This document shows positions 11,591 to 23,635 of a DNA stretch of 32,964 nucleotides, piece by piece. A program made the position numbers and the translations under genes. Position 1 is the first letter of the stretch. The number at the start of each line of letters is the position of its first letter. The DNA is from Intoshia linei (lineage: Eukaryota > Animalia > Orthonectida). The notes below the pieces were generated by a model. That model had not been told where the DNA came from, searched no databases, and was given only the letters and a program-made list of their open reading frames with translations. The stretch covers positions 1 through 32,964 of the forward strand of contig LWCA01000305.1 in assembly GCA_001642005.1 (NCBI GenBank), given 5' to 3'.

Positions 11591-13450
11591 TCAAAAAATT
11601 ACCCTATTATTATAATAATTTTCATCAAATAAATTTCTCCAGTGATCAGTAGGTTTCATATCAGAATCATTATTCAAAATAGACGCTGCAATATCTTTGC
11701 ATCTACCTATATCACCGCTTAAACGTGGATTACTGCGAAGTTTATGAAGGATATATTGCCCAACAAGATCTTTTTTATGTTCATCTCCATGACAATCATT
11801 GAAAGCCGACAACATTTTCATTTGTTCACTAGGCATATCATTCGAAACAATATTTTTAGATTGCATGTACACTTGACTCTGTGCCATCATATTAGACTGA
11901 CGACTCTGTAAAAACTGGTTGTATTGACTTTGATTGATATACATTGAATAAGCTGTATTCATAGGCCGAACGGCATTATTTGCCATCATCTGTGTTCCAG
12001 TAAACCCTTTAATATATCCAGGCTGCATGTTATTTCTATACTGATATGATGAAAGAGGGTGTGAACCTCTCATTCCATTACCAAGTGCAAGAGAAGGGTT
12101 TGCAATCATAGATTGATTCATAGGGTATCCGTTATTTACTCCATACATGTGCATATTATTGAAACCACGATATCCTTGATTTCTAGCAAAGAAATGCTTT
12201 CTTTCTTCCTTCGTTTGTGCCATTGCAACGTACAGTGGTTTTGATACGAGAATATGATTAATCATTTTATTAGCAGCCTCCTTTGCACTATTTTCATCTG
12301 CATAACAAACAAAGCCGAAACCTCTACTCCTATTATTATCATCCGTCATCACCTTACAAGATGTAATTTGGCCAAATTTTTCAAATGCATCCTTTAACAT
12401 TTCATCAGTTATTGAATCGTCCAAGTGTTTAATGTATAGATTAACATTTTTCTTTTCGCGGTTAATATTTCGTTTATTTAAATTGGCCAATTCTCTTTCT
12501 CTCTCACTTTTTTTCTGAGCCTTTGAAACATACAATTTTGTCATAGTTTCCCCAAGAGTGATTTCTTTATCATTCATTTCATTTCGTGCTCTCATAGCAT
12601 CATCCGAGTTTTTGAAAGAAACAAATCCAAAACACCTAGACGTACCATCTGAACTATTTACCATAACCTTCGCTGACAAAATTTCTCCAAATTCTGAAAA
12701 TAAAGTTCTCAAAGTACAGTCATCCCATGTAGTGTCAAAGTTTTTTATATACAAATTGTCGTATTTTTGATTTTGTCTTTCATTTCGAGGTTTGTACAAT
12801 GCTACATATACAGGTTTTCCACCTGTTCCTTCAATGTTGAGACTACATCCATTAATTTTTGTTATTGCAGTATTGGCATGTTTAGGGTTTTCAAAATGCA
12901 CGAACCCGAATCCTTTCGAAACCCCGTCTTCATCGGTCACAATCTAGTTTAAATATTAAAAATTTTACATTTAATAAATTACTTTGCATGATAAAATATT
13001 TCCAAATTCTGAAAATGTATCGAATAACGTTTTTTGATCTATCGATTTCCCCAAATTTTTGATAAAAATATTTCCTGCAGTAGATCTTCTTTGAGTAGGA
13101 TCACGCATATTCCACATGATTCGCATACTTTTCCCTTTTAAATTTGTATAACTTAATTCTTTTTTGGCCTGTTCAGCTAAACATTTTTAATTCACAAATT
13201 GAGTATATTATAAGTTATTATTATAAAAATTACCATCATTGTAGTGTTTATAGTTAATGTAACCATATCCCAGAGATTTACGCGAAAGAACATGCAATAC
13301 AAGCCTTACCGAAATGATTTCTCCATGTTGTCTAAATATTTGCGTTAAATCTTCTTCTGTGACATTCTTGTGTAAATCACCCACATACAATGAGGTCATT
13401 TCCATAAAAGGAAAATTAACGTTTCTCACATTTGTTGGTGTTTTGGCCAT
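11591..13450 (-). CDS. PABPC: Cytoplasmic poly(A)-binding protein (4 RRMs plus degenerate MLLE)
   Basis: Exons 13450-13234, 13176-12983, 12943-11591. Motifs [63 protein letters not shown] and [10 protein letters not shown] further 3' exon is possible (GT donor near 11600). Confidence 0.95.
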
Positions 13451-14129
13451 TTTTTCTAAATTTTAAAATCATTTTTAAAACTAATGTCCCATAACTAACA
13501 CTGACACTATAATAATTATTAAAATTTAAAATCTAACATATAAAAGTTTAAAAAATTACTTTTTATATATTATATTAATATTGTTAAAAGTATCAAAAAT
13601 TAAGATAAATATGCGCTGATGTTGCCATAAATTTTTGAAAACAAATGCTAGACACAATTTATTTGGTGCAACTTTAAATCAAAGTGCTGAAATAGTGGTA
13701 GATTATGCGTTGTGCAATTTGTGACAATGCGTCTCAATTATAGGCAAGTAAATTTCATTATATTGAGTTTGTGAGTAAAAGTTAAAACTACTATAACTAC
13801 CCAATGTCTGAGAGTATCATAAAAATATCTACCAATTGTTTTGTTTTATGAATGAGAGTCTCATTATGAGATTAGATTTTTATCAATAACTTGAATGATG
13901 TCATATATTTTAACGATTTTACAAATATTTTTAACAGTCTTATGATTCAACTTTTTTTAACAACTACATTGTAGTTCATTGGTATTAATTTCTTTTATAC
14001 TTTTTTACCTAAGCATTGGAAATTGATTTAATTTTTGAGGCAACATTTTAATCAAATCAATAATTTTTTATTTTTACAAGAAAAAAGATGATAATAAAAC
14101 GTCTTTCAGACCACGACACAAAAGTGTTC

Positions 14130-15370
14130 AATAAAAAATAAAATTGTAAATATCAGTTTTGTCTTTTCAATGTGATGAATCATTATGATATATATTCAGT
14201 ATTTGCTTTCGATAAGTAAAAAATATCAATTTTGTATCAATAATTAACTGAATCAGCACTTTAAAACATATTTCAGGCGAATTTTACCAATATTGTAATA
14301 CAATATTGTAAATATAAAAATGATAATAACAAAGTTGTAATTTGTAGTACTTCGTTGTTGTAGGTTTTGTATTGTAGTAAACGGTTAATAAAATATAGTA
14401 CAAAGTGATTTTAAACTTTTTGAAATTGAGATTTAAAACTTTTATAGAATATATAAAAATAGAGATTTTAAAGAGTATTTGAAAACGAAAAATTGCGTAG
14501 CAATGAAAAAACCCTAAGGAATCAATTATATAGATTTCCCCACATATTTCTTGAATGGTAAAGTGTAGACGTTCAATGCACATTTTTTTTAAATTGAATG
14601 ATCAATATTTACTTTTCCATTTATAATATTAATCCAACATTTGAAAAATATTGGTTCATAATATATTAGAAATTATTTTTCATTGAGAATGTGTAGATTT
14701 CTGGGGTTGAAATTTTGTATTTATATATAACTGGAATAAGCTGTATCAGAGTAATAATTTTTTTTTTTTAATTATAAGACCGTTAATTATTTAATTTTTT
14801 TTTATAAAATAGTTTCGAAATAAAAAAAAGTGTTTTTTGACCTTAAAGGTGCCACATTGTCAAATTGAATTTTTTTGAGTGTGTTAACTGGATATAACTG
14901 TATCATCTGTAATTTTTTAACAAAGGGGTAATCTTGAGTTTTTTGATGCACTTTTTTGAGATTTCCATTTATGATTTAAAATTTATTTATGCTTATGATT
15001 TAAAAAACCATTCCAGAATTCATGTTGTATAAAATTCTAGGACTTTTTAATTTTTACTAAAAAGGGTAATTTGGGGTTTTGTCCGTGAAGTATGAGATTT
15101 TGAAATTGAAAATTATCTTAATGTTGATGAATATAAAATATTTATCAGATTGTCTATTTTTTATAATTCTTAGACGGGTTTGAATTTTAAAAAAAAGGAC
15201 AGTTGGGGTTTTTGACCTTGAAGGACTCAATTTCTGATAATGAAATTTCCTATAAAACAATACTCTCGAAAAACTAATATTAATATGGAATTTTTAAAAT
15301 TCGAATCCTTTTTCATTCTTAAATAAACTGGAACAGACAAATAAACAAATAAACACACAAACATACATTT
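14130..15370 (-). repeat. Degraded copy of the Helitron-like family
   Basis: Collinear similarity to 17300-18350, e.g. actggaataagctgtatcaga, tgtgtagatttctggggttgaa, ggggtttttgacc and an AC-rich microsatellite at about 15335-15365. Boundaries are approximate. Confidence 0.7.
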
Positions 15371-15712
15371 TAAACTAAATTACATATCAGTAAGGATTTT
15401 TTTTTTTGTTGAACGAAAAAAGACGTTACACAGAAAGTAAAGATCATTGTCAAATAACATTTTATATTAATTTGTTTTTCACTAAAATACACCACATGCA
15501 CTCTAACCGTCCTTGATTCTTTGATGGATGTGACCTTACTCAGCATAGAAGGTTTTATTACAGTATGAAAAATACTATAAAAGTGAATACTAAAATGATA
15601 GATAATGATAGATATAGATAAATTGGGCGATAAAATTGAGCAATGTCTAGGATAAAAGTTTAATATAATTAACAAGTAAATAAGTACATTAAATATTTAA
15701 TCAAATTATACG

Positions 15713-16746
15713 TTACCAATAATGAGGATAATTGTATGGTAAATAATTGGGATAATGAAAATGGCTAGGATAATCATAATTATGATTTCTATGCAAAGTA
15801 GAAGAGTGTAAATTGCGGAAATTATACGGAAAATAACGAATAGGATAAACCGGCCATTGATGCATCAGTGGGTGATAATTTAACTTATTGTTTAATCGAT
15901 TTCCGTGCATATATAAATCATGTTGATATGCAGGTCGTAATCCATAATTCAAGTACGGATTAATTTGTGGATTATAAGTAGGATAATGCGAGTTTTGTTG
16001 AACATTATTATGATAATTATAGTAATCTGGATACATATACATTATTGGAACAGGTTTGACATAATTGTGTCCGTGATTTGTAAACCCCATGATTTCATGG
16101 TCATAAACATGATCATGATTTCCTTCATTATCTTGATTCCAGATATGTCCATGGTTTCCATTAGTTTGATGATTCCAGTGATCTGCATCATTTCTATGAT
16201 CTCCATAATTTTCATGGTTCCAATGATCACCATGATTCCCATGATTACCATAATTTTCACGATTTCCTTGATCTGGATGATGATTGTGAATATTAGGATC
16301 CTGATGATTGTGATAGTTATAATTTTTTTCGCTGTTATGCCTATTATAATCATCTTCTTTGTGATTATAACCCGATCGAAAATAAACATTTTCTGGCTTG
16401 TAGTATGAAGACATGTTGTTATAATTTATATTGGTGTGGTCTTTTATGTTGACGCTGTGATCATGAATTTTATTTGGTAAATATTCTGCATGTGAGTTAG
16501 TTCTTCCGTTATCATGAACTTTATAATGGTTATGGTGAGAATTAAAAGCTTGATGATCAAAGTCAAATCTTTGTTTAAGCTTATTGATGCTTGCTTCATT
16601 GTTCTTTGATTGATCTTGATAAGATTCATGGGAATTTCTTCTTTGAATGATATAATCGCTGTCAACTGGATATGTGTCTGAGTCGTCGGAAATACTCATA
16701 TCTATCTTGTCTTCTATTGCGATGCCACTACTCAATCCTCTTTTAG
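15713..16746 (-). CDS. Large terminal exon encoding a His/Asn/Tyr/Pro-rich low-complexity region; probably the 3' end of the MAM-domain gene
   Basis: A 340-aa ORF with no ATG start, preceded by a phase-1 acceptor at 16746. It contains GNH/HWNH/ENYG repeats and then a Y/P/H/N-rich tail. Upstream micro-exons lie at 16824-16802 and 16912-16870. Confidence 0.8.
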
Positions 16747-16992
16747 CTAATTTAAATACATTACATTATATTATTGGCTGATTAAAATTATTCATTTTTA
16801 CAAAGTAATACAGTAGAACAAAATCTAAGAAATTTGATTGATACTTAGATTTAAAGAAAAAAGCTCTACCGTTCTTTGAATTCAAAAGCAATGATCATTC
16901 AAATTGACATATCTAATATGTAACAATAATTTAAAATAATTTTTCAAATATTGGGTTACATCAATATATCCTTACTTATCTTGTATATAAAA

Positions 16993-18352
16993 CTAGGTTG
17001 ACTGTTATGTACTACGTACATACAGGACCTAGCTCTTCCGAGGGCACATTTTTATTATACTAAGAAAATAAATTCACGTTAAAAATCTAATTTAAAAATC
17101 CTACTATTCAATATTATCAATCCTTTACAAGAGTTATTCCCAAATTTGTGTCGGTGGAACCATCATATCACATTACATTTTACTTTAAAGTGAATTATTT
17201 CATCTTAATTTTTTGTTTGGAACATTTAAAAATAAAGTAAAAACAGTCAAATTCTACAAATTATCATAAATAGCATAAATTCCAGAATAAATAACATTAT
17301 ATAAATCTATTTTTTCATTTTCAATGTGATAAATCATATCATCACTGATGATATATATTCAGTACCAATTTAATAAATACTTATAAATACCAATTAATTG
17401 TATGTATCAATAATTAACCAAATCTACACTTTATAAACATATTTTAGTCGAATTTTACCAATATTGCAAAGGATTGCTTAAATATAAACATAACTAACAA
17501 AGTTGATGACTTATAGTTTCGTTGTTGTATTTTCTATTTAAATTTGTATTCAAAATATTTTGAAAATGATAATTAAAAAATTCCGAAAGAATGAATTATA
17601 TAGATTTTCACTCATATTTCTTTATTGGACATGTGTAGATGTTTACGGCACATTTTTTATGAAATTGTAGGATCAATATTTACATTTTCAATTTTTATTT
17701 TAATCTAAATATTTGAAAAATATTGGTTGATAATATATTACAAATTATTTTTCATCGGGAATGCGTAGATTTCTCGGGTTGAACTTTTGTATTTATATCA
17801 ACTGGAATAAGCTCTATCAGAATAATCTTTTTATTTAATTTTCAAAGGGTTACTTATTTCATATTTTTTGTTTTAATAAAATATTGCGAAAAAAATATGA
17901 ATACTAAAATGTTTTTTTTGACCATGAAGTCGTCACTTATTTGGATTGAAATTTTCTGTGTGTATTAAGAGGGTACAACTGTACAACCTGTAAATTGTTT
18001 GAAATTCTAGGACTGTTTTTATTAAAAAAAAAAGAGTAATTAGAGGTTTTTACCCTAAAAATATAATTTTTTTAATTTTAAATTTATAATAATGTTTATG
18101 ATTTTAAAATCCGTATCGGCATATATATTTTTTTAAATTCTCTAAATTGTTTGATTTTCAAAAAAATGTACAATTGGGTTTTTGACACGTAAGATGTGAG
18201 TTTGGGAGGTTGAAATTTATCTTAATATACGTCCCGAAAAAACCGGAATTGAAATGTGTAATTTATAAAATTCTACGACGGGTAGTTATTTAAATAAAGC
18301 TGAACACACACAAACACAAAAAAAATCGCGTAGCATATTATCTAAGTTAGGA
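16993..18352 (-). mobile_element. Full-length non-autonomous Helitron (1360 bp)
   Basis: On the minus strand it starts A|TCCTAAC, followed by a GT/TG-rich microsatellite. It ends with the hairpin TATGTAC-GTA-GTACATA about 10 nt before CTAG|T. It sits between A and T with no target-site duplication. Confidence 0.85.
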
Positions 18353-18357
18353 TTGAA

Positions 18358-18960
18358 TGTGTGAATGTGTTTGTTACCGTTTATTTAAAAAATTAACAGT
18401 TCTATAATTCAAAAAAACCAATTGCTACAAACGCTTTTAGAGCAGGATGTTCTTATTCCAGTTATATTTTCAGAAATTGCGTTTTTCATGGTCAAAAACT
18501 CGATCACAAACTGAATCACCCTTTTTTTTATAATAAAATCAGCCCTATAATTAAAAAAACATAAATGCTGGGACGTGTTTTAATTTCATTAACGTGGTTC
18601 TAAACCTCACCCTCAGATATTTAGATCGTCATTGCCAAAATTACAAATTACCCTTTTTTTTAAAAATGAAAAATGTTTTACAATGTTATAAAACATACAT
18701 TATATGATAGTTTTTCAAAATCATAATGATTATCATAAATCGCAACTTTAAAAAGTGCATTTTTGATATGAAAACCCTAGTCTACCCTTTTTTTTAAAAT
18801 TTAAAAGAGTACCAGAATTTTTCAAAAAATTACAACTGATACAGTTATATCCAGTTATTACACACAAATAATTTAATCTCACAAATTTACGTCTTTACAG
18901 TCAAAAAAGCATTTAGTGTTCATTTTTGATTTTGTAACTAATTTAATTGAAACAAAAAAA
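18358..18960 (+). repeat. Partial Helitron-family copy, back-to-back with the full-length copy
   Basis: GT-rich start and blocks matching the reverse complement of 17900-18300 and the segment at 780-1000. Confidence 0.6.
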
Positions 18961-19125
18961 TGTTCTGCAACTGATAGTCCCAGTATTTAATGGATGGGAT
19001 AATTTAGAATTATGGTATAGCATGGTAGGCTTTTTAATTGAAATCAGTATTATTAACATCATGTAAGTAAAAATGAGTATGAAATGTTAATATTAAGTAT
19101 AAGTAATTTAAAATGAAAAAAATAC

Positions 19126-19890
19126 ATCTCCTGTAGATTTCTGCAAATTCTATAAAATAATGTAAAAATGATAAAAATTTAAACCTTTCACATTTGGATA
19201 TTTTATTTTATTTTTCTCATTCTTGTGATGGCAGCTGCCTTGAGAAATAACTAAATTGGACAATGCAAAAAAATCCTGTACAACAGCTACAGTTATTGCT
19301 ATCTAAAAATAAAAAAGATACAGTCAAAGTTTCCTAATAATGATAATTTATAAATTAATATAATTGTAAATAATAATACATTTGGTTTAATATCGTCAGC
19401 AGTGAAAATACTAGCTTGGTATTTTCTCCAAGAATTGTAATTATCGTCTAATAATTGATTTGCTACAGTCAAAGGCATCTCTTGGCGTTCTAGATATCTC
19501 ACTGCAAATGAATTGTTACTGTTTGTGAAATATTCAAATTCGAGACAAAGTAACCTGGGAGGATGTTTATAAATTTTATTTTTCCCCATAACTTCATATA
19601 CCAATCTAAATCATGATAAAAAATTATAAAAAAACTAATACGTTGAAAGTGGATCCACAGTTTTAACAAAGTTTTTGACTGCATCGAGTGGTTCACCTTT
19701 GTTAATTAACCAATGGCCGTTTTCATAAGCGCAAGAGTCTACAGAAAAATCACATGAAACCAATTCAACTAAATTAATAAATATGTATTTAAATATTTAA
19801 TATCAAATGACTAAAAAGGTGGATTCTTTTACCTTCACAATTAATGGTCATCAAAAGTATACAAATTATCGGTAAAATTATACAACGCAT
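19126..19890 (-). CDS. Secreted MAM-domain protein, 5' exons
   Basis: Phase-consistent exons 19890-19833 (signal peptide MRCIILPIICILLMTINCE), 19768-19642 (VSCDFSVDSCAYENGHW), 19605-19380 (LCLEFEYF...SWRKYQ), 19333-19185 (GFFALSNLVISQGSC) and 19149-19126. These match the MAM hallmarks CDF..C..W, CLxFxY, W and (G)xIAxxDIxxxxGxC. Confidence 0.75.
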
Positions 19891-20999
19891 GTTATTTTTT
19901 TATATAATAATCTAAAAAATTAATATAATAATATAATTATGCTTGAATTCATGATTCATTTTGCTACAAAACGCATTATTGTTAGAATCATGTTCACATA
20001 GTGTTATTAATTAATTCGTTGTCGTACACTGATTCGTTTGTTTTTATGATTCATCATGTTCTTAATCTTTCTTAAATCAAGATTTTTTATTTTAATATTA
20101 CTAATTTTAAATTTACAATTTTTGCATGTTATGATATTTTGATTGAAATTGAAACTTTAATCGAATGCAATGTTGATAATTTACAGTATTGTACATTAAA
20201 CTTTAATCATGTGCTTGTTGTAATATTAGTAATAAACTATTATTAATAGTGCATAATAATACTCCATTACTTATTTGTTATTTACTCCTATTACATTATT
20301 AATATTATATTTATATTAGCTCAGTATATATATTATTAGGTTATATAATATAATAATTAGTCAGACACGTCAATAATGAATTTTTTTAATATTGAATGAT
20401 TTTTTGTAAAATTGTGACTACGCCATTGCAATAATTATGGAAGTTCATTATTTAATTCAAATTTTTCATATTTATTATAATGAATTTAGAAAATATCGTT
20501 TTTAATTTTGATATTATTGATTTTTTGACCAAATTTTGTGGGTTTCTTTAAGAGAAAATTTTTTCGCCCAATATTAAAAAATTTTGAAGATAATTTTCAA
20601 TAAATAACGATTCTAACTCTAAAAATTCAAGTTGGCTAGTCCTGGCCTATATCACTTAAAATAATATGTTTTTTCAGATTACATCGATGTGCTCATTGAC
20701 TAAGAAAATAAGCGATTATAGAACCGTTTTAATCTAAATAAACTGCATCAGCTTCAAATGCTAGTTCACATATAATTGTAATACAAAATGTTTGATGAAA
20801 TGTGAATAAAATTTTCATTTTTATAAAGTACTAGCGGCCTACAATTTTTATCTGACTAAGCCCACTGTTGGTTTTCTACGGCTCTGATTCCACCTGATCT
20901 TGGAGCTGACTCTTTACATAAAACACATGGAATACCGCCTGCTTACCGTAGTATACTAAATTCATAATGTGAAAAACAAAGTAACGTTTAAGAATTTAA

Positions 21000-21443
21000 T
21001 TATAAACCACACATATTGACGTAGTTGCACTCATCATATTTGTTTAACAAGTAATTCTTAACTGTTTTGAATTCATCATCATCCAAATGCGGCCATTTAA
21101 CATATTTTTGATTAATGAGCATTTTCAGATATGTTGTTTTATAATACAAAACAAAAATAACGTTTGAACTAAAAGGAATAATTTCTGTAGTATTAAATTT
21201 TCTGTAATTCTCTAAAATCATCCAATTTTCAGCAGTCACATCATAAGAATCATCAAAATATTTTACAAGAGTCAAAAATGACAATAATGTCGAGTGATGT
21301 CCCACGCGTACAGTCATTAGTGGATGACTATTTAAATATATATTAATACAATTGTAAGAATAAAAATAAAATAAAACACAGAAATCTTAAACCTCTTTGA
21401 TGTAAATAGCTGTAACTCGAGAGCGTCCCGCGTTGGAACGTCT
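21000..21443 (-). CDS. MINPP1-like histidine acid phosphatase, terminal exon copy A (plus a 51-nt upstream exon)
   Basis: Exons 21443-21393 and 21327-21000. GHHSTLLSFLTLVKYFDD...TAENW...RKF...IPFSSNVIFVLY matches the MINPP1 C-terminus (GHAETLLPLLSLMGYFKD...VPYASNLIFVLY). Confidence 0.75.
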
Positions 21444-21579
21444 CTATGGTATATATGAAATGGAATTTAAATAGTAGTATTCAAATTTTTAATTGAAATT
21501 TAAAATGTATAATTTTTCATTTAATTCTTACTTTTATAAAGTACTTTAATTAGGTAAAATGAAGATTCAATTAATTATT

Positions 21580-22040
21580 TATACACAATTGGTATTTTTA
21601 AGTATTTATTAAATTGATACTGAATATGTTAGCACATTAAAAATTACAAAATATGTTTTTATAATTTTATTTTTTCTGGAATATGTGCTATTTATGACAA
21701 TTTATAGGATTGGACTGTTTTTATTTTATTTTTAATATTATACACACATTCTGTCTAATAATTTCAAAAAATGGATTACTAATTGTTTTTAAAATTCTTT
21801 ACGTAAATGTTAACAAAACCAAATTAAGATTGAATGATTCACTTTAAAGTAAAAAGTAATGTGATATGACAGTTCCACCTGAAACAAGTTTGGGAACCAT
21901 TCCTTTAAAGGATTGATAATAGTTAATAGTAGCATTTTTAAGTTAGATTTTCAACATGAATTTATTTTTTTGGTAGAATAAAAATGTGCCCTCGGCAGAG
22001 CTAGGTGATGTTTGTACGTTGTACATAACAGTCAACCTAG
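21580..22040 (+). repeat. Helitron family 3' portion
   Basis: Matches the reverse complement of 16993-17400 and ends in ...cataacagtcaacCTAG|T. Confidence 0.8.
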
Positions 22041-23099
22041 TTAACTATATAAGCCGTGTAAAATTAATGAATTTCCTATTTAGATTTGTAGTTGATTTCA
22101 ATTTGAGATTAATTGTAAAAAATTACAATGTTCTATAACTCCAATAATCTAATAATTTTTCAGTTTTTTTTGTCGGTCACTTTGGCGACTCTTTGTCTAA
22201 AATGAGTAATTGTGTAAGTAAATGATAATATTGATTTATTTAAATCCCACCTACATTTACTGAAATGAAATTGACTTGTTTAAGGTTTTTGTTATGATTA
22301 TATTTTTTTGTTCACATTAGATCTCAATATGAACATGCTCAAAATTCAGTTCCCTTACGTTCAAATAAAGCAGTATTGACTAGTATTGTAAATGTAAATT
22401 TTTGATCTGTTAATCTTTTTAAAATTACAAGAATTAATAACTTTTATCGCCATAAAGTATATTGATATCCGAAAATATCTAAAAATTATTTCTATCATTA
22501 ATAATAATTATTATAATTAGGGATTGTCACGACTATTTTATCGATGGGTTAAAAATTTGTAGGTTTTTAGTATTTTTGTATTGTGTTTAATTATAATAAA
22601 TAACTGGGAATAATGCAAATGTGGTTAAAAATATTAAATCAAATAAAGTGGTATTGAGGATAATAGATTATAAAGAATAAAATACAAAAACCAATTAAAA
22701 TTACTGCGTTTACGTATTTTTTTGAAAATATTACAGCACATAAATTTATCAACAAAATAAATTTGATCATATTATGAATGTTTTATTATGATAAATATTG
22801 AATTTATAAATATATTTGAATACTTTGAATATTTTTGGTCACCTGTGTAAATATAATACATTAGGTAATACATAAGGTTGCCTACCCCTGTTATGCACCT
22901 TACATTATTCTGTTTCACAAATCGTTATAAAAATCACCCTTAGGATTTAAAATTATATCATTTCTAAAATAATATCTATTTTTATCCAATTCCCAATTTT
23001 TAAGTTAGCCTAAAAATTTATCGCTTTTCTATATGTTTAGTAAACATTTTTTATTAATAATAAATATGAGTAAATGTTTATATATTAGCAGTCATATTT

Positions 23100-23196
23100 T
23101 CTTTATGTTAATTTAATTTATTTTTTTGGTATAATAAAAATGTGCCCTCGGCAGAGCTAAGTCCTGTTTGTACGTAGTACATAACAGTCAACCCAG
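23100..23196 (+). repeat. Helitron 3' terminus fragment
   Basis: aataaaaatgtgccctcggcagagct...tgtacgtagtacataacagtcaacccag|t. Confidence 0.75.
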
Positions 23197-23635
23197 TAAT
23201 TTATAAAATACTAATTCTTAAATTAGTGGTTTCGAATGGTATTAAAATTTTCACATTTTTTTGTAACCGTAAAGTATACTTATAAAGTTAGATATTCGTA
23301 ATGATGTAACTTAATGAATTAAGGGATTAAATAACAATAATTTAATTAAATATCTTGACTGTTTTGTACTTTGTGCAAAAAGTAGCTAGCTCTGCCGAGG
23401 GTAACTTTTTTTTAATTTTACTAACCTAAGTTTACATTTAATCTGTAATCTTAACCTTTAAATCAGGATTACCAATTTATTTTTACGACGGGCAGTGAAT
23501 TTGCTATTAATTTTTCGCGGAAAGATAATAAAAATGATGATTGCAATAGCAATTTAGTGTGTAATTTTTTAACAATAATAAATTGCAAATTGTGGCATCA
23601 AATTTAATGAAATAATTAATTGAAAAATAATTTAA

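Noticed and set aside
12558-12952. Plus-strand ORFs opposite PABP, and similarly those overlapping the Fox genes and 32415..32684
   Set aside because: Antisense or alternative-frame shadows of real coding sequence.
15965-16665. Ile/Met-rich ORFs 15965..16408(+), 16042..16389(-) and 16444..16665(-)
   Set aside because: They are shadow frames of the repetitive His/Asn codons in the real exon.
16882-16884. TGA read-through, selenocysteine or an alternative genetic code
   Set aside because: In-frame read-through reaches TAA immediately after the next two junctions, so it does not restore the long frame. The other genes translate normally in the standard code.
1001-23196. Recurring ~30-bp repeat gtacataacagtcaacctagt as a CRISPR-like repeat
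   Set aside because: The copies are dispersed, irregularly spaced and in both orientations in a eukaryotic context; they are explained as Helitron 3' ends.
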